Shown one piece after another: positions 46,908-57,557 of a stretch of DNA of 57,746 nt. This DNA is from Thermoleophilia bacterium. Its GTDB lineage: Bacteria > Actinomycetota > Thermoleophilia > RBG-16-64-13. Made by a program: the position numbers and the translations under genes. The notes under the pieces are model-generated. The model saw only the letters and a program-made list of their open reading frames with translations, did no database searches and had not been told where the DNA came from. The number at the start of each line of letters is the position of its first letter. The first letter of the stretch is position 1. Where the stretch lies: positions 1 to 57,746 of the forward strand of contig JAXGNF010000007.1 in assembly GCA_040768135.1 (NCBI GenBank), given 5' to 3'.

Positions 46908-47479
46908 GAGGCATTCCTCCTCATCTTGACCATGACGACCCTGGTATCCCCATAGATCCGGTCGAAAACAGCATCCTCACTCAGCGCGATCTCCGTCGCC
47001 CGGCCACCTTCTATCACGACCACTCCGTCGTCGGCCAACAGCGAAGGGAGCAGCGGCGCTACCAATCCTTCAACTTCCGACAGCATTCTATAGGGAGGGT
47101 CTAGAAAGAGCAAATCAAAAACCGGCCCTATATGAGTAAGCGACTTCAGGGCCTGCACGTAACCGCTGTTGACCACCCGGCAGTCCTGCTCATAACCCAA
47201 CACCGCGATGTTTTCCCTTAGAACTGCACAGATCCGGGGGTCCTCTTCCACGAACACGCACTCCCGAGCCCCCCGCGAAAGCGCCTCGAGCCCCATTGCC
47301 CCCGACCCCGCGAAAAGATCAAGTGCTCGGAGGTTATCAATCGGCCCCAAAGCGTTGAAAACGGCCCCCCGTACCTTCTCGCTCGTGGGCCTGGTATCGA
47401 GGCCCGGAGGCGCTTTGATGAACCTGCCCCTCCTGGCCCCTGCCACGATCCGTAGCCGTCCCGGCCGATGCGGACTCAT
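46904..47479 (-). CDS. rsmD: 16S rRNA m2G966 methyltransferase
   Basis: RPTSEKVR, LDLFAGSG..GLEALSRGA, DPPY. Confidence 0.94.
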   Translation of the reverse strand: MSPHRPGRLRIVAGARRGRFIKAPPGLDTRPTSEKVRGAVFNALGPIDNLRALDLFAGSGAMGLEALSRGARECVFVEEDPRICAVLRENIAVLGYEQDCRVVNSGYVQALKSLTHIGPVFDLLFLDPPYRMLSEVEGLVAPLLPSLLADDGVVVIEGGRATEIALSEDAVFDRIYGDTRVVMVKMRRNAS

Positions 47480-49665
47480 ACCCTGTCCATCCAACGGATC
47501 TTCTCGCCGAACCGCGCCTCAGCAGCCTCCAAAAGCAAACGGACAGAGGCTCCTTTGAAACACTGAGCAGCCATCTGCAGGACTACTTCCGCCTCCGACC
47601 GTGCCTCTTCGAGCAGAGCGCGGTCCCGAAACAAGGAGGCCACCTCGAGGTCTCCCATCCCCGACTGTCTCTCACCAAAGAGCTGACCTTCTCCCCGACT
47701 CAACAAATCGGCCTCGGCCAACTCGAATCCGTCGTTGGTCCGGGCAAATAGGGCCAAACGATCGAGAACCGTCTCGTCCTCCCCCTCGGCCAGAAGAAAG
47801 CAGTATGACTCCTCGGTCCCCCGCCCAACCCTTCCCCGCAACTGGTGAAGTTGTGAAAGGCCAAAACGTCGCGCTCCCATGATGACCATCACAGTGGCGT
47901 TGGCGACATCGACGCCCACTTCGATCACCGACGTACTGACCAAAACGTCCGCCTGGCCGGCCGCATAATCGGCCATAGCCGCCGCCTTCTCCGCCGCGGG
48001 GAGTTGGCCGTGCAGCAGACGTAGACGGAATCCGGCAAGCTCGCCGGTGGAGAGCTCCTCGAAAGCGCGCCGGGCCGAGGCGGTCTGCAGGCTCTCGCTC
48101 TCTTCGATCAAAGGACAGACCACGTACGCCTGCCTGCCTCGGCCGAGTTCGCCCCGCACGAAACGCCACATGCGCTCCTCCGACTCGGCGAACACCAAGC
48201 GTGTGCGGACGGGGCGCCTGCCCGCCGGCATCTCGTCAAGGACACTCACGTCGAGGTCGCCATACAGAGTGAGACTGAGCGTGCGGGGGATCGGGGTGGC
48301 CGACATGTGGAGGGTATGAGGCCAGAGCCCCGACCGGTCGTCCGAAGCCAGGATGGCATCCCGTTGCCTGACCCCGAATCGGTGCTGCTCATCAACGACT
48401 GCTACCCGTAGATCGCGGAACCTGACCCCTTCTTGGATGAGAGCATGGGTTCCGACCACCACGTCCATCTCGCCGCCCTCCAGCCTATCGCGGACCACCC
48501 GTCGTTCGGCTGTGGGCAGCCCCCCTTTGAGAAGGCCCACAGTGACCCCTAGGGGCGCCAGTTGCTCGGAGAGGCTTACGAAGTGCTGATCTGCCAGGAC
48601 TTCCGTGGGCGCCATGAGGGCGGCCTGCGCCCCCTGCTCTACGGCCCGGAGTAGGCAATACGTCGCCACCATGGTCTTGCCGGACCCCACGTCGCCGTGC
48701 AGCAACCTACGCATGGGCCGGGTCTGCGGCAGGTCGGCCTCGATCTCTTGGATCACTCTGTTTTGGGCTACTGTCGGCGTGTACGGGAGTGCCTTCAAGA
48801 ACCGGGTTGTGAGCTCCGCCGCAGGCCGGAGCGCTTTCGCGCGCCGTTCTTCTCTTTGTGTCTGACGTTCTTTTAAGACTGCGATCTGCAGAAGCAGCAA
48901 CTCCTCGAAGGCGAGTCGTTCTCGCGCTGCCTCTGCCTCCTTCAAGGTGGCGGGGAAGTGACAGGTGAGCACCGCTTCACCCTTGTTCGGATAGCGTCTA
49001 CTCGCCTTGAGACGCGAGGGGAGCGGATCGAGAAGGTGGCGGGCTTCGTTTGCTGCTTGGTGGAGTACCGTCCTTATGGTCCGCACGCTCAGATCGGCGG
49101 TGCTTTGATACACGGGGACCAGTCCCAGCACATGGTGGCTCTCCCCTTCTCCGCACAGGATCTCGTGACGCTTCACCAAGAAGCTGACCGCGCCCCGTTG
49201 CCGTACGAGCATTCCCTTAAGAAGGACTTCGGGACGCTCCTTGAACGCCGCCTCGAGATAGGCTTGGTTATACCAGACGGCAAGAACGCTGCCGGTGGAA
49301 TCGGCCACCAGAGCCTCGAGCACTTTGACCCGTCTTCTGATCGTCTCCCGCACCGCGCATTCGACCACCTTTACGCGCAGAGTGACCTCTTCGCCGACCG
49401 AAAGCGCCCCTACGTCCGCGATCCGGGCCGGGGATTCGTGACGGAAGGGCAGGTGCAACAACAGGTCGCCTACCGTCATGATGCCGAGGTTGTGCAGCCT
49501 GCGTTCGGTGGTCTTGCCAACCCCCCGCACCGTAGCGACCGGCCGGTCGAGACGGGCTGGGTCGACATACTGCTTTGAGGTTGCCGGACGCGCCGGGCCG
49601 GCCTCGTCAGAGGCCGCCAGGCCGCCGAAGGGGTAGTGGAGTCCGCCCGGTGCGGGAGAACTCAT
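47476..49665 (-). CDS. recG: ATP-dependent DNA helicase RecG
   Basis: GDVGSGKT, DEQHRFGV, SATPIPRT, VIEVGVDV, QLHQLRGRVGRG. Confidence 0.97.
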   Translation of the reverse strand: MSSPAPGGLHYPFGGLAASDEAGPARPATSKQYVDPARLDRPVATVRGVGKTTERRLHNLGIMTVGDLLLHLPFRHESPARIADVGALSVGEEVTLRVKVVECAVRETIRRRVKVLEALVADSTGSVLAVWYNQAYLEAAFKERPEVLLKGMLVRQRGAVSFLVKRHEILCGEGESHHVLGLVPVYQSTADLSVRTIRTVLHQAANEARHLLDPLPSRLKASRRYPNKGEAVLTCHFPATLKEAEAARERLAFEELLLLQIAVLKERQTQREERRAKALRPAAELTTRFLKALPYTPTVAQNRVIQEIEADLPQTRPMRRLLHGDVGSGKTMVATYCLLRAVEQGAQAALMAPTEVLADQHFVSLSEQLAPLGVTVGLLKGGLPTAERRVVRDRLEGGEMDVVVGTHALIQEGVRFRDLRVAVVDEQHRFGVRQRDAILASDDRSGLWPHTLHMSATPIPRTLSLTLYGDLDVSVLDEMPAGRRPVRTRLVFAESEERMWRFVRGELGRGRQAYVVCPLIEESESLQTASARRAFEELSTGELAGFRLRLLHGQLPAAEKAAAMADYAAGQADVLVSTSVIEVGVDVANATVMVIMGARRFGLSQLHQLRGRVGRGTEESYCFLLAEGEDETVLDRLALFARTNDGFELAEADLLSRGEGQLFGERQSGMGDLEVASLFRDRALLEEARSEAEVVLQMAAQCFKGASVRLLLEAAEARFGEKIRWMDRV

Positions 49666-50519
49666 TCCTGGATGAAGCAGAGCGAGACCGCCCCCGGTCC
49701 CACGTAAGTCCCGATCACCGCTCCCACCACGCTGGTGAGTCGGATATGGATAGTCCGATCGGTGACACCTTCGACCAGCGCGCGCAGTTGGTCGAGAACC
49801 GGCTCATTCAGGCCGTGGGACAGACTCGCATATACCGTGGATCCCGGCTCGGTATGCTCCAGCAGTCCGTCGCGCATGACCTCCAAAGCCTGCCGAATAC
49901 CGCGGACCTTCTTGTAGACATCGATCACACCTTCGTCGATGATGAGGACCGGCTTGATGTTGAGCAGGCCGCCCACGAGATGAGACGCTCGTCCGATCCG
50001 GCCCCCTTTATAGAGCTGATCCAGAGTGGTGGGCAGAAAATAGAAGATCTTCTCTTTCTGGAAGCGTTCGATATAAGCATCCAGCTCCGCTTCAGTGGTG
50101 CCCCGGTCTATGCGGTCGAGGATCCTATCTACTAAGAGGGCGATACCCCCGGTGGCAAGTTGTGAGTCGACCACTTTGACCCCGTCTACCTGGGCTCTGG
50201 CGACCTCGGCGCTCGCGATGGTGCCGCTGAACTCACCGCTGAGATGAACCGAATACACTCGTTGATAACGGGCGAGCAGCCTCTTGTATTCGTCCAAGAA
50301 CGCTCCCGCAGACGGCTGAGATGTACGCGGCAGCTCCGGAGCAGCCGCCAGCTTCTGGTAGAACTCCACCGGCTTCAAATCCACCCAGTCCTTGTAGGCT
50401 TCATCCCCGAAGTAGACGGTCAGGGGGATCATGCTCACATTTGGATCAGAGGCCAGGTGATCAGGAAGATCGGCGGTCGAATCAACCAAGATGGCCGTTG
50501 TGTCGCGATTGACGATCAT
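49662..50519 (-). CDS. DegV-family fatty-acid-binding protein (FakB-like)
   Basis: DSTADL, TSQPS, SGEFSGT, GGRIG, IKP; start ATG 50519. Confidence 0.93.
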   Translation of the reverse strand: MIVNRDTTAILVDSTADLPDHLASDPNVSMIPLTVYFGDEAYKDWVDLKPVEFYQKLAAAPELPRTSQPSAGAFLDEYKRLLARYQRVYSVHLSGEFSGTIASAEVARAQVDGVKVVDSQLATGGIALLVDRILDRIDRGTTEAELDAYIERFQKEKIFYFLPTTLDQLYKGGRIGRASHLVGGLLNIKPVLIIDEGVIDVYKKVRGIRQALEVMRDGLLEHTEPGSTVYASLSHGLNEPVLDQLRALVEGVTDRTIHIRLTSVVGAVIGTYVGPGAVSLCFIQE

Positions 50520-50559
50520 CTCCGATTCCCCCTCTTTTGATGTGCTTGTATTGACACTC

Positions 50560-52224
50560 CTATTCAGCCGCCAGCAACACCGGGTAGTAAGGCTGCCCGC
50601 CTTGGTGCACATCTATCTCGACGGTCGGGTATCGACCCCGCACCCCCTCGATCAGTGCACCCGCCCTCTCAGCATCCTCGTCGGCGCCCAATAGGACGGT
50701 GAGGCTCTCTCGATCCTCCTGTAGCAGCCGGCCGAGCAGATCGTCGATCACCGCGCTCAGGTCGGGTGACGCGGCCACAACGTGATCGTCCACCAGGCCG
50801 ATGTAATCGTCCGCGCGCACCTTGACCCCATCTACCTGGGAGTCCCTGACCGCCCGTGTCACTTCCGCCGTGGCGACGTTGGCGATGGCGGCCTGCATAT
50901 CGGCCGCATTCGCATCACCGGCCATCCGCTTGTCGTATGCCACCGCCGCCGAGAGTCCAGCCTGGATTGAAGAAGTCGGCACCACATAGACCTCGCGCGT
51001 GGTCAAGCCGATGGACTGCTCGGCCGTCATGATCACGTTGCCGTTGTTGGGCAGTATGACCACAGAGGGAGCTACTGCCTGTTCGACCGCCCGCATGATG
51101 TCTTCGGCTGAAGGATTCATCGACTGCCCGCCATCGACGATAAGGTCGACCCCGAGGCTGCGAAAAAGGGCCTTATTGCCCTCTCCGGCCACCACCGCGA
51201 CGACTTGGGTCAACCCGACCTCGGCCGCCGCGGCGGCTTCGGCCTGAGCCAGCCTGTCGCTGCGGAGGGCGATTTGCTCCTTCATGTTATCGATCTCGAT
51301 CTCAGTGAGCGCACCTAAACGGGTGGCGATACCCAATACCCGTCCGGGATCGTCGGTGTGTACGTGCACCTTGATCCTGTTGCTGTCACCCACCACCAAC
51401 AGGCTGTCTCCCAACCGTCCCAGTTCGTCCTCGAGGGCATTCCCCTCAAGTCCCTCTCCGCTCAGCAAAAAGCTCGTGCAGTAAGTGAAATCACTCTCCT
51501 CCACCGCTGCCTCTTGCTCGTAGGCAAAGCCGGCCGGTTGGGGCACCTGCGCAACCCGGGTGGCGATGGGAGTCTCCCAGTCGGCCCGGCCGTCCGCCGC
51601 CCCTTCTATGAGAACCACCAGACCGTAGCCGCCCGCGTCGACCACCCCGGCGTCGGCGAGCACTTTCAGCAGAGCGGGGGTCTTCTCGACGCTCTTCCAT
51701 CCGGCGGCTATAACCTCGTTGATGAAGGCCCTGCGTCCGACGGATGGAGGAATATCCGCAGCCGCCTCCGCCATCTCGCGAAGAACGGTGAGCATCGTAC
51801 CCTCTACCGGTCTCCGGACCGCTCGATAGGCCGTATCAGTCGCCGCCCGGAACGCCTTAGCAAGCGTTTCGGTGGTTACAGGCCCGGCCTGTCCGATCAC
51901 CTCCATGGCGCCACGGACGATCTGCGAGAGTATCACCCCACTATTGCCCCGCGCCCCCATGAGGGCAGCCTGTGAGATAGCAGCGCAAATCTCATTTTCG
52001 GGCAGGCCGTCCGGCAACCGGCCGACCGCATCGAGGATCCCCCGCATAGTCAGAGCCAGATTGGTGCCTGTGTCTCCGTCGGGGACCGGATAGACGTTGA
52101 GGTCGTTAATCTCCTGTCTGCGCCCCTCAAGTGCCTCCGCGCCGGCGGCCAGAAGAGCGCGTACACCGGCAACGGTCAGGAGCGCTCCCTCGTTACTACT
52201 CCCCAACCTTGACCCCTTGTACAT
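50560..52224 (-). CDS. DAK2-domain protein (YloV/FakA-like)
   Basis: INDLNVYPVPDGDTGTN, ARGNSGVILSQ, VVDAGG, YCT, GGQSMNPS. Confidence 0.95.
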   Translation of the reverse strand: MYKGSRLGSSNEGALLTVAGVRALLAAGAEALEGRRQEINDLNVYPVPDGDTGTNLALTMRGILDAVGRLPDGLPENEICAAISQAALMGARGNSGVILSQIVRGAMEVIGQAGPVTTETLAKAFRAATDTAYRAVRRPVEGTMLTVLREMAEAAADIPPSVGRRAFINEVIAAGWKSVEKTPALLKVLADAGVVDAGGYGLVVLIEGAADGRADWETPIATRVAQVPQPAGFAYEQEAAVEESDFTYCTSFLLSGEGLEGNALEDELGRLGDSLLVVGDSNRIKVHVHTDDPGRVLGIATRLGALTEIEIDNMKEQIALRSDRLAQAEAAAAAEVGLTQVVAVVAGEGNKALFRSLGVDLIVDGGQSMNPSAEDIMRAVEQAVAPSVVILPNNGNVIMTAEQSIGLTTREVYVVPTSSIQAGLSAAVAYDKRMAGDANAADMQAAIANVATAEVTRAVRDSQVDGVKVRADDYIGLVDDHVVAASPDLSAVIDDLLGRLLQEDRESLTVLLGADEDAERAGALIEGVRGRYPTVEIDVHQGGQPYYPVLLAAE

Positions 52225-52594
52225 AGATCTGCAGAGTCGTGACCGGCCGCCCGATCATCCTCTCCACGTTGTAGGCCACCTGTGAGCGCACGTTTCCCGC
52301 TACCTCGGCCACATTGAGTCCGTATTCGACGATGATGTATAGCTTGATGCGCAGTTGGTCATGGTCCTGTTCGACCTTGATGCCTTGATGTAGACGATCG
52401 CGCGACAACAGCGCCGCCACCCCCCGCCTCAGGTTGGGCGATGCCATGCCAACCACCCCGTAGCACTCCAGTACCGTCCAGCCCACGATGTCGCTGATGG
52501 CCCGGTCGGTGACGACCATGCGGCCACCTGCCGTTTCTTCGGCTTCGGTCTCGGTCGACCTCTGATCTTTCACACTCAACGGACCACCCCTCAC
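52196..52594 (-). CDS. Asp23/Gls24 family protein (YloU-like)
   Basis: ECYGVVGM, YIIVEYG, V..YVQGV. Confidence 0.92.
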   Translation of the reverse strand: MRGGPLSVKDQRSTETEAEETAGGRMVVTDRAISDIVGWTVLECYGVVGMASPNLRRGVAALLSRDRLHQGIKVEQDHDQLRIKLYIIVEYGLNVAEVAGNVRSQVAYNVERMIGRPVTTLQIYVQGVKVGE

Positions 52595-52810
52595 ATGGAT
52601 CGCTGTGGCGATGGCACTGGTGCGCCGTCAGCGTATATGTCTGCCTCCCCGTCCCCATCACCGCGCATCGTACCTGATATTCTACCGTACCTACCACACC
52701 ACCCGGCCGCATTCATCTCCGTTCGGCCCGGCCCCTTGTCATACCGGGTACTACTGCGGCATACTACGGTACTCCGAACCACGAGTGATTTCAGCGAAGG
52801 ATGACCGGGC

Positions 52811-53002
52811 ATGTCTAAGGTGTGCGTGATCTGCGGCAAAAAACCGAGCTTCGGCAACAACAGGAGCCATTCCATGCGGGCCACTCCCCGCCGTTGGGAC
52901 CCGAATGTGCAGAAGGTCCGCATCCTGCTGCAAGGCAAGGCTACCCGCGCGTACGTCTGCGCGAAATGCCTCAAAGGCCACAAGGTGGAAAAGGTCGCCT
53001 GA
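52811..53002 (+). CDS. rpmB: 50S ribosomal protein L28
   Basis: MSKVCVICGK..GN.RSHS...T.RRW.PNVQ. Confidence 0.96.
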   Translation: MSKVCVICGKKPSFGNNRSHSMRATPRRWDPNVQKVRILLQGKATRAYVCAKCLKGHKVEKVA

Positions 53003-53053
53003 CCTGTTTGACTCCAGCGGGCGCACACTCGGCGCACTTCGTCCTTTCTTCTC

Positions 53054-53539
53054 CTACTTAGTCTCGTTGAAGCCGCGTAGCAGGTTGGCCATCTCTACCG
53101 CCGAGGCTGCAGCGTCCCAACCTCTGTTACCTGACTTGGTACCGGCCCTTTCCACCGCCTGCTCAATACTCTCGGTGGTCAGCACGCCAAAGATGACGGG
53201 GATGCCGCTGTCCAGCTGTACCCGGGCAACCCCCTTGGCCACCTCGCCTGCTACATAGTCAAAATGGGGCGTCGATCCCCTGATCACCACCCCCAGACAG
53301 ATGACGGCATCGTATCGACCGCAGGTCGCCATCCGCTGAGCGATCAACGGGATCTCGAGGGCACCCGGCACCCAGGCCACGTCAACGTCACCGACCGCAA
53401 CCCCGTGCCGTGTCAGGCAGTCTTTGGCTCCGGAGAGCAGCTTGCAGCCGATAAACTCATTGAAGCGGCTTACCACGATGCCGAACCGGAGGCCTTCGCC
53501 TTTGAGAAAGCCCTCGTATACCCGCCCGCTTTCAGTCAT
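53054..53539 (-). CDS. ribH: 6,7-dimethyl-8-ribityllumazine synthase
   Basis: [35 protein letters not shown]; start ATG 53539. Confidence 0.96.
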   Translation of the reverse strand: MTESGRVYEGFLKGEGLRFGIVVSRFNEFIGCKLLSGAKDCLTRHGVAVGDVDVAWVPGALEIPLIAQRMATCGRYDAVICLGVVIRGSTPHFDYVAGEVAKGVARVQLDSGIPVIFGVLTTESIEQAVERAGTKSGNRGWDAAASAVEMANLLRGFNETK

Positions 53540-54785
53540 GTTCTCCGTCCTTTCCGTCGCCGAACTGCAATCCTTGATGATGCAGAATATGGCCCATCTT
53601 CTCTTTCTTCGTTTGGAGATAGCGCACATTCTTGTCGGTGGGCGCCACTTCCAACGGCACCCGCTCCGTTATGGTGAGACCGTACCCTTCCAGCCCCACG
53701 AGTTTCCTCGGGTTGTTGGTCATGATCCGGATGGAAGAGAGCCCCAGGTCGTTCAGAATCTGAGCACCGATACCGTAGTCGCGGAGGTCGGGGGCAAAGC
53801 CCAGCTCCACATTGGCCTCCACGGTGTCCCGGCCCTGTTCTTGGAGCTCATAGGCACGCAGCTTGTTAAGCAGGCCGATGCCCCTACCCTCCTGGGCCAT
53901 GTAGAGGAGGACCCCCTGCCCCTCAGCCTCTATGGCATCAAGAGCCGCTTTGAGTTGGTCACCACAGTCGCAACGCAGAGAGTGAAAGACATCGCCGGTG
54001 AGGCACTCGGAGTGCACTCGTACCAGCACGTTCTCTTTGCCTGCGACCTCTCCCTTCACGACCGCTAGATGTTGCTCACCGTCCAGCAGGCTCTCGTACC
54101 CATAGGCCGTGAAGTCTCCGTAGCGGGTGGGCATACGCACGACCGCCACCTGTCGTACCAGCTTTTCCGTACGCCTCCTGTAGCGGATGACGTCGGCGAC
54201 GGTGATCATTTTGAGATCGTGCCGCTCACAATACTTCACAAGATCGGGCACCCGCGCCATGGTGCCGTCTTCGTTCATGATCTCGCATATGACCCCTGCA
54301 GGGATGAGTCCCGCCAGCCGGGCGAGGTCGACGGCGGCTTCAGTCTGGCCGGTGCGGGCGAGCACTCCCCCCGGCCTCGCGATCAGCGGGAACACGTGGC
54401 CCGGCTGAACCAAGTCCTGCGGTCCGCTGGAGGGGTCGATCGCCACTTGTATGGTATGGGCCCGGTCGGCCGCAGAGATGCCGGTAGTCACCCCATGCCG
54501 CGCCTCGATGGACACGGTGAAAGCGGTACCAAACCGTGACTGGTTGTCACGGGCCATCAAATAGAGACGCAATTGATGCGCCCTCTCTTCGGTAAGAGAA
54601 AGACAGATGAGGCCCCGGCCGTGCGTCGCCATGAAGTTGATGTCCTCCGCCGACACGAACTGGGCCGCCATGGTCAAGTCGCCTTCGTTCTCTCGATCTT
54701 CGTCATCGACCACAACGACCATGCGGCCGGCCTTGATCTCCTCCAAGGCCTCTTCGATGGTCGCGAAGTCACCCTTATCTCTCAT
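53532..54785 (-). CDS. ribBA: Bifunctional DHBP synthase / GTP cyclohydrolase II
   Basis: [38 protein letters not shown]. Confidence 0.97.
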   Translation of the reverse strand: MRDKGDFATIEEALEEIKAGRMVVVVDDEDRENEGDLTMAAQFVSAEDINFMATHGRGLICLSLTEERAHQLRLYLMARDNQSRFGTAFTVSIEARHGVTTGISAADRAHTIQVAIDPSSGPQDLVQPGHVFPLIARPGGVLARTGQTEAAVDLARLAGLIPAGVICEIMNEDGTMARVPDLVKYCERHDLKMITVADVIRYRRRTEKLVRQVAVVRMPTRYGDFTAYGYESLLDGEQHLAVVKGEVAGKENVLVRVHSECLTGDVFHSLRCDCGDQLKAALDAIEAEGQGVLLYMAQEGRGIGLLNKLRAYELQEQGRDTVEANVELGFAPDLRDYGIGAQILNDLGLSSIRIMTNNPRKLVGLEGYGLTITERVPLEVAPTDKNVRYLQTKKEKMGHILHHQGLQFGDGKDGEHD

Positions 54786-55465
54786 ATGAACCCCTCTTCT
54801 ATCAGCAGGTCCTCGGTAAGACCGGCGGACACCCCGTCGTCGCCGGACCCGTCGCCCTCACCGCTCCCTCTCCCGCCGCCTACGGCCACGATGCGCTGCA
54901 CATAACGGGCCAAGACGTCGGCCTCTACATTCACTTTCTGCCCGGTTCTGACCCCATTCAAAGTCGTCTCTTTCATAGTGTGCGGGATGATCCCCACCAC
55001 GAAGCTCTCACCATCGACCCTTATGACCGTCAGCGATATGCCATCGATGGCCACCGAACCCTTCGCGGCCACGCAGGCCCGCACCGCATCGGGCAGCGAA
55101 AAAGTAAGCTCCCAGGCCGGCCCCACTGGGTGAACGGCGAGCACTTCTGCCACCGCGTCGACATGCCCGAGGACCAGATGCCCCCCAAGCCGGCCTCCCA
55201 ACTGCAAGGACCTCTCCAAGTTGACCAAGGCCCCCCTAGGGACGGTCCCCAGCGTCGTGTGCGACAGGGTCTCGGGCATACAGTCGACTGTGAACCCGTC
55301 GGCACGCAGGTCGACGACCGTAAGACAGGCACCACTGACGGCGATCGAGTCACCCAGCGCCGTCCCTTCCAGCACTTTGACGGCCCGGATGCTCAGACGC
55401 CCGCCCTGAGCCCGCTTCTCCAACGCCTGTACGACCCCGACTTCTTCTATCAGTCCTGTGAACAT
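54782..55465 (-). CDS. ribE: Riboflavin synthase
   Basis: [36 protein letters not shown]. Confidence 0.96.
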   Translation of the reverse strand: MFTGLIEEVGVVQALEKRAQGGRLSIRAVKVLEGTALGDSIAVSGACLTVVDLRADGFTVDCMPETLSHTTLGTVPRGALVNLERSLQLGGRLGGHLVLGHVDAVAEVLAVHPVGPAWELTFSLPDAVRACVAAKGSVAIDGISLTVIRVDGESFVVGIIPHTMKETTLNGVRTGQKVNVEADVLARYVQRIVAVGGGRGSGEGDGSGDDGVSAGLTEDLLIEEGFI

Positions 55466-56646
55466 CAGAGGGCCTCTCCTGTGTATCCCACCACCAGTAC
55501 GTCGGGGCCGACCCCAGACACCTCGATCTCACGGAGCCCCACGGCATCTTCCATACGGAGCGCTCCTGAACCTCTGAGAGGTCCGCGGTTCTCTACGCCC
55601 GAGGCGATACGCGGGCAAACGAAGGCGGCAACGCGGTCGATGATCCCTGCAGACCACCAGGCTCCCGCCAGCCGGGGGCCTCCCTCGAGCAATACCCATT
55701 GAACGTCGCGCGACAACAGTTCACGACCAACTGCGACCGGATCCAGGGGCCCGTCCGTGAACCGAGAGACGGTCGCCGTCTCTATACCCCACGATTCAAC
55801 TTCAGCACGCCGCGCCGCCGGCGTATCAGCCGCGCACACCACGAGCACCGGTCCCGCAGACACGCTCTCTACCAACCTACTGTCGCGTCGGAGGCCCAGT
55901 TCGGCATCCACAACGACCCGCACCGGCTGCCTAGCGCAGACCACGTCACGAGCGGTCAGGCTGGGGTCATCGGCCGCCGCGGTGCCGGCTCCCACCACCA
56001 CCGCATCCGACCAAGCCCGCCACTGATGCACCAATGCCCGGCTCTCTGCACTGGAGATCCAGCGGGAATCTCCGGAGTCCACCGCTACCCGGCCATCGAG
56101 GGTCATCGCGTATTTGTACGTGACGAAGGGCAGTCCTTGCAGCACCGACTTTCGCATCCCCCCGTTCTGACGTTTGGCCCGCAAGGCGAGCGGGTCATCC
56201 GCGAAGTCGACCCGCACCCCGGCAGCCCTCAGCATCTGGACCCCTCGTCCATTCACGTCGGGGGATGGGTCGAGCACCGCCACCACTACCCGCTCTATCC
56301 CAGCGGAAATGAGCGCGTCAGTACAGGGCGGCGTGCGTCCGTACGTGCAGCAGGGTTCCAACGTGACGTACATAGTGGCCTCACGGAACAACTCCCTGGC
56401 CGGCTGAAGACACCCGTTCTCCCCATGGCCTACCGGTAGCCCTGCCCGCCGCATGGCGTCCTTCAGAGCCGCCACCTCGGCGTGGTCGTGGCCCGGGCCC
56501 GTGTGGTAGCCCTCGCCCAACACTGCTCCGTTCGAGACGATGACCGCGCCCACCAAGGGGTTGGGGCTCGTACGCCCCCGGCCTTTTTCCGCGAGGCCAA
56601 GGGCCCACTCCATATAGCGCACATCTTTTTCAGACAAAGGCAACAA
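55465..56646 (-). CDS. ribD: Riboflavin biosynthesis deaminase/reductase RibD
   Basis: PNPLVG, HAE, LEPC..PPC, TLDG, EGGP. Confidence 0.95.
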   Translation of the reverse strand: MLPLSEKDVRYMEWALGLAEKGRGRTSPNPLVGAVIVSNGAVLGEGYHTGPGHDHAEVAALKDAMRRAGLPVGHGENGCLQPARELFREATMYVTLEPCCTYGRTPPCTDALISAGIERVVVAVLDPSPDVNGRGVQMLRAAGVRVDFADDPLALRAKRQNGGMRKSVLQGLPFVTYKYAMTLDGRVAVDSGDSRWISSAESRALVHQWRAWSDAVVVGAGTAAADDPSLTARDVVCARQPVRVVVDAELGLRRDSRLVESVSAGPVLVVCAADTPAARRAEVESWGIETATVSRFTDGPLDPVAVGRELLSRDVQWVLLEGGPRLAGAWWSAGIIDRVAAFVCPRIASGVENRGPLRGSGALRMEDAVGLREIEVSGVGPDVLVVGYTGEAL

Positions 56647-56676
56647 AAAACCCCTTCAGCCACGGCCCAAGGGGTC
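56645..56676 (-). terminator. Expression-platform terminator of the FMN riboswitch
   Basis: ACCCCTT..AAGGGGT stem followed by TTTTTT. Confidence 0.75.
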
Positions 56677-56707
56677 AAAGAAGCCTGAGGCGTAAGCGCC
56701 CCGCTTC

Positions 56708-56820
56708 GGTCTTCTCCCTTCCAGACTTTCACTGTCGGCCCAGGGATCTCACCTGGTCTACCCTCAACGGGCTCGCGGACTATTACCGCCGGTAGGGAAT
56801 CTCACCCGACCCCGAAGACC
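56708..56820 (-). promoter_or_regulatory. FMN riboswitch (RFN element)
   Basis: GGTCTTCGGGGTCGGGTGAGATTCCCTACCGGCGGTAATAGTCCGCGAG...GGTGAGATCC...CCGACAGTGAAAGTCTGGAAGGGAGAAGACC upstream of ribD. Confidence 0.95.
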
Positions 56821-56858
56821 CAATATCGTTTCTCACCTGCAACGATGCAGCAGAGAAT

Positions 56859-57557
56859 CTACCACACGGGACCGGAGGGCGTCATCAATCCCTGCAGTAC
56901 CCGCGCCTCCTCCCGGGGATCGGCTGCGCCAAAGAGCGCCGATCCCGCCACCACCCAGTCCGCCCCCACTTCGACCACGTGTCGGATGTTCTCCCGGTTC
57001 ACCCCGCCATCGAGTTCGATGGCGACCCGCTCCGGCAACATGCGTCGTAGGACCGGCACCTTCTCAAGAGCGGAGACGATCATCCTCTGTCCGCCGAAAC
57101 CGGGATTGACCGTCATCACCAACACATAGTCTATGTAAGGGGCCACATCTTTGAGCCTGGATACGGCGGTGCCTGGGTTCAGTGCCACCCCGGCTCTCAC
57201 TCCGAGGGCTTTGATCGTCTCGACCGTGTGATAGAGATGGGAACAGGCCTCCACATGCACGCTGAGTGCGTCCGCTCCCGCCTGGGCGAAGACTTCGAGA
57301 TACCTTTCCGGTCGCTCGATCATCAGATGCACCGACAACCATCCGCCGCGCGCGTGCACCAACGGAGCGATCGCCTGCAACACTACCGGCCCGATGGTGA
57401 TATTGGGGACGAAGTGGCCGTCCATCACATCCACATGGATGATCCGCACCCCGGCGTCCATGACTGCGCCGATCTCTTCCCCCAAACGGGAGAAGTCGGC
57501 CGAGAGGATGGAGGGCAACAGGTGAGGTTTACGAAACTCAGCGGACGGGATGCTCAC
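56859..57557 (-). CDS. rpe: Ribulose-phosphate 3-epimerase
   Basis: PSILSADF, HVDVMDGHFVPN, HLMI, MTVNPGFGGQ, DGG; start GTG 57557 after GAGGAGG. Confidence 0.96.
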   Translation of the reverse strand: MSIPSAEFRKPHLLPSILSADFSRLGEEIGAVMDAGVRIIHVDVMDGHFVPNITIGPVVLQAIAPLVHARGGWLSVHLMIERPERYLEVFAQAGADALSVHVEACSHLYHTVETIKALGVRAGVALNPGTAVSRLKDVAPYIDYVLVMTVNPGFGGQRMIVSALEKVPVLRRMLPERVAIELDGGVNRENIRHVVEVGADWVVAGSALFGAADPREEARVLQGLMTPSGPVW

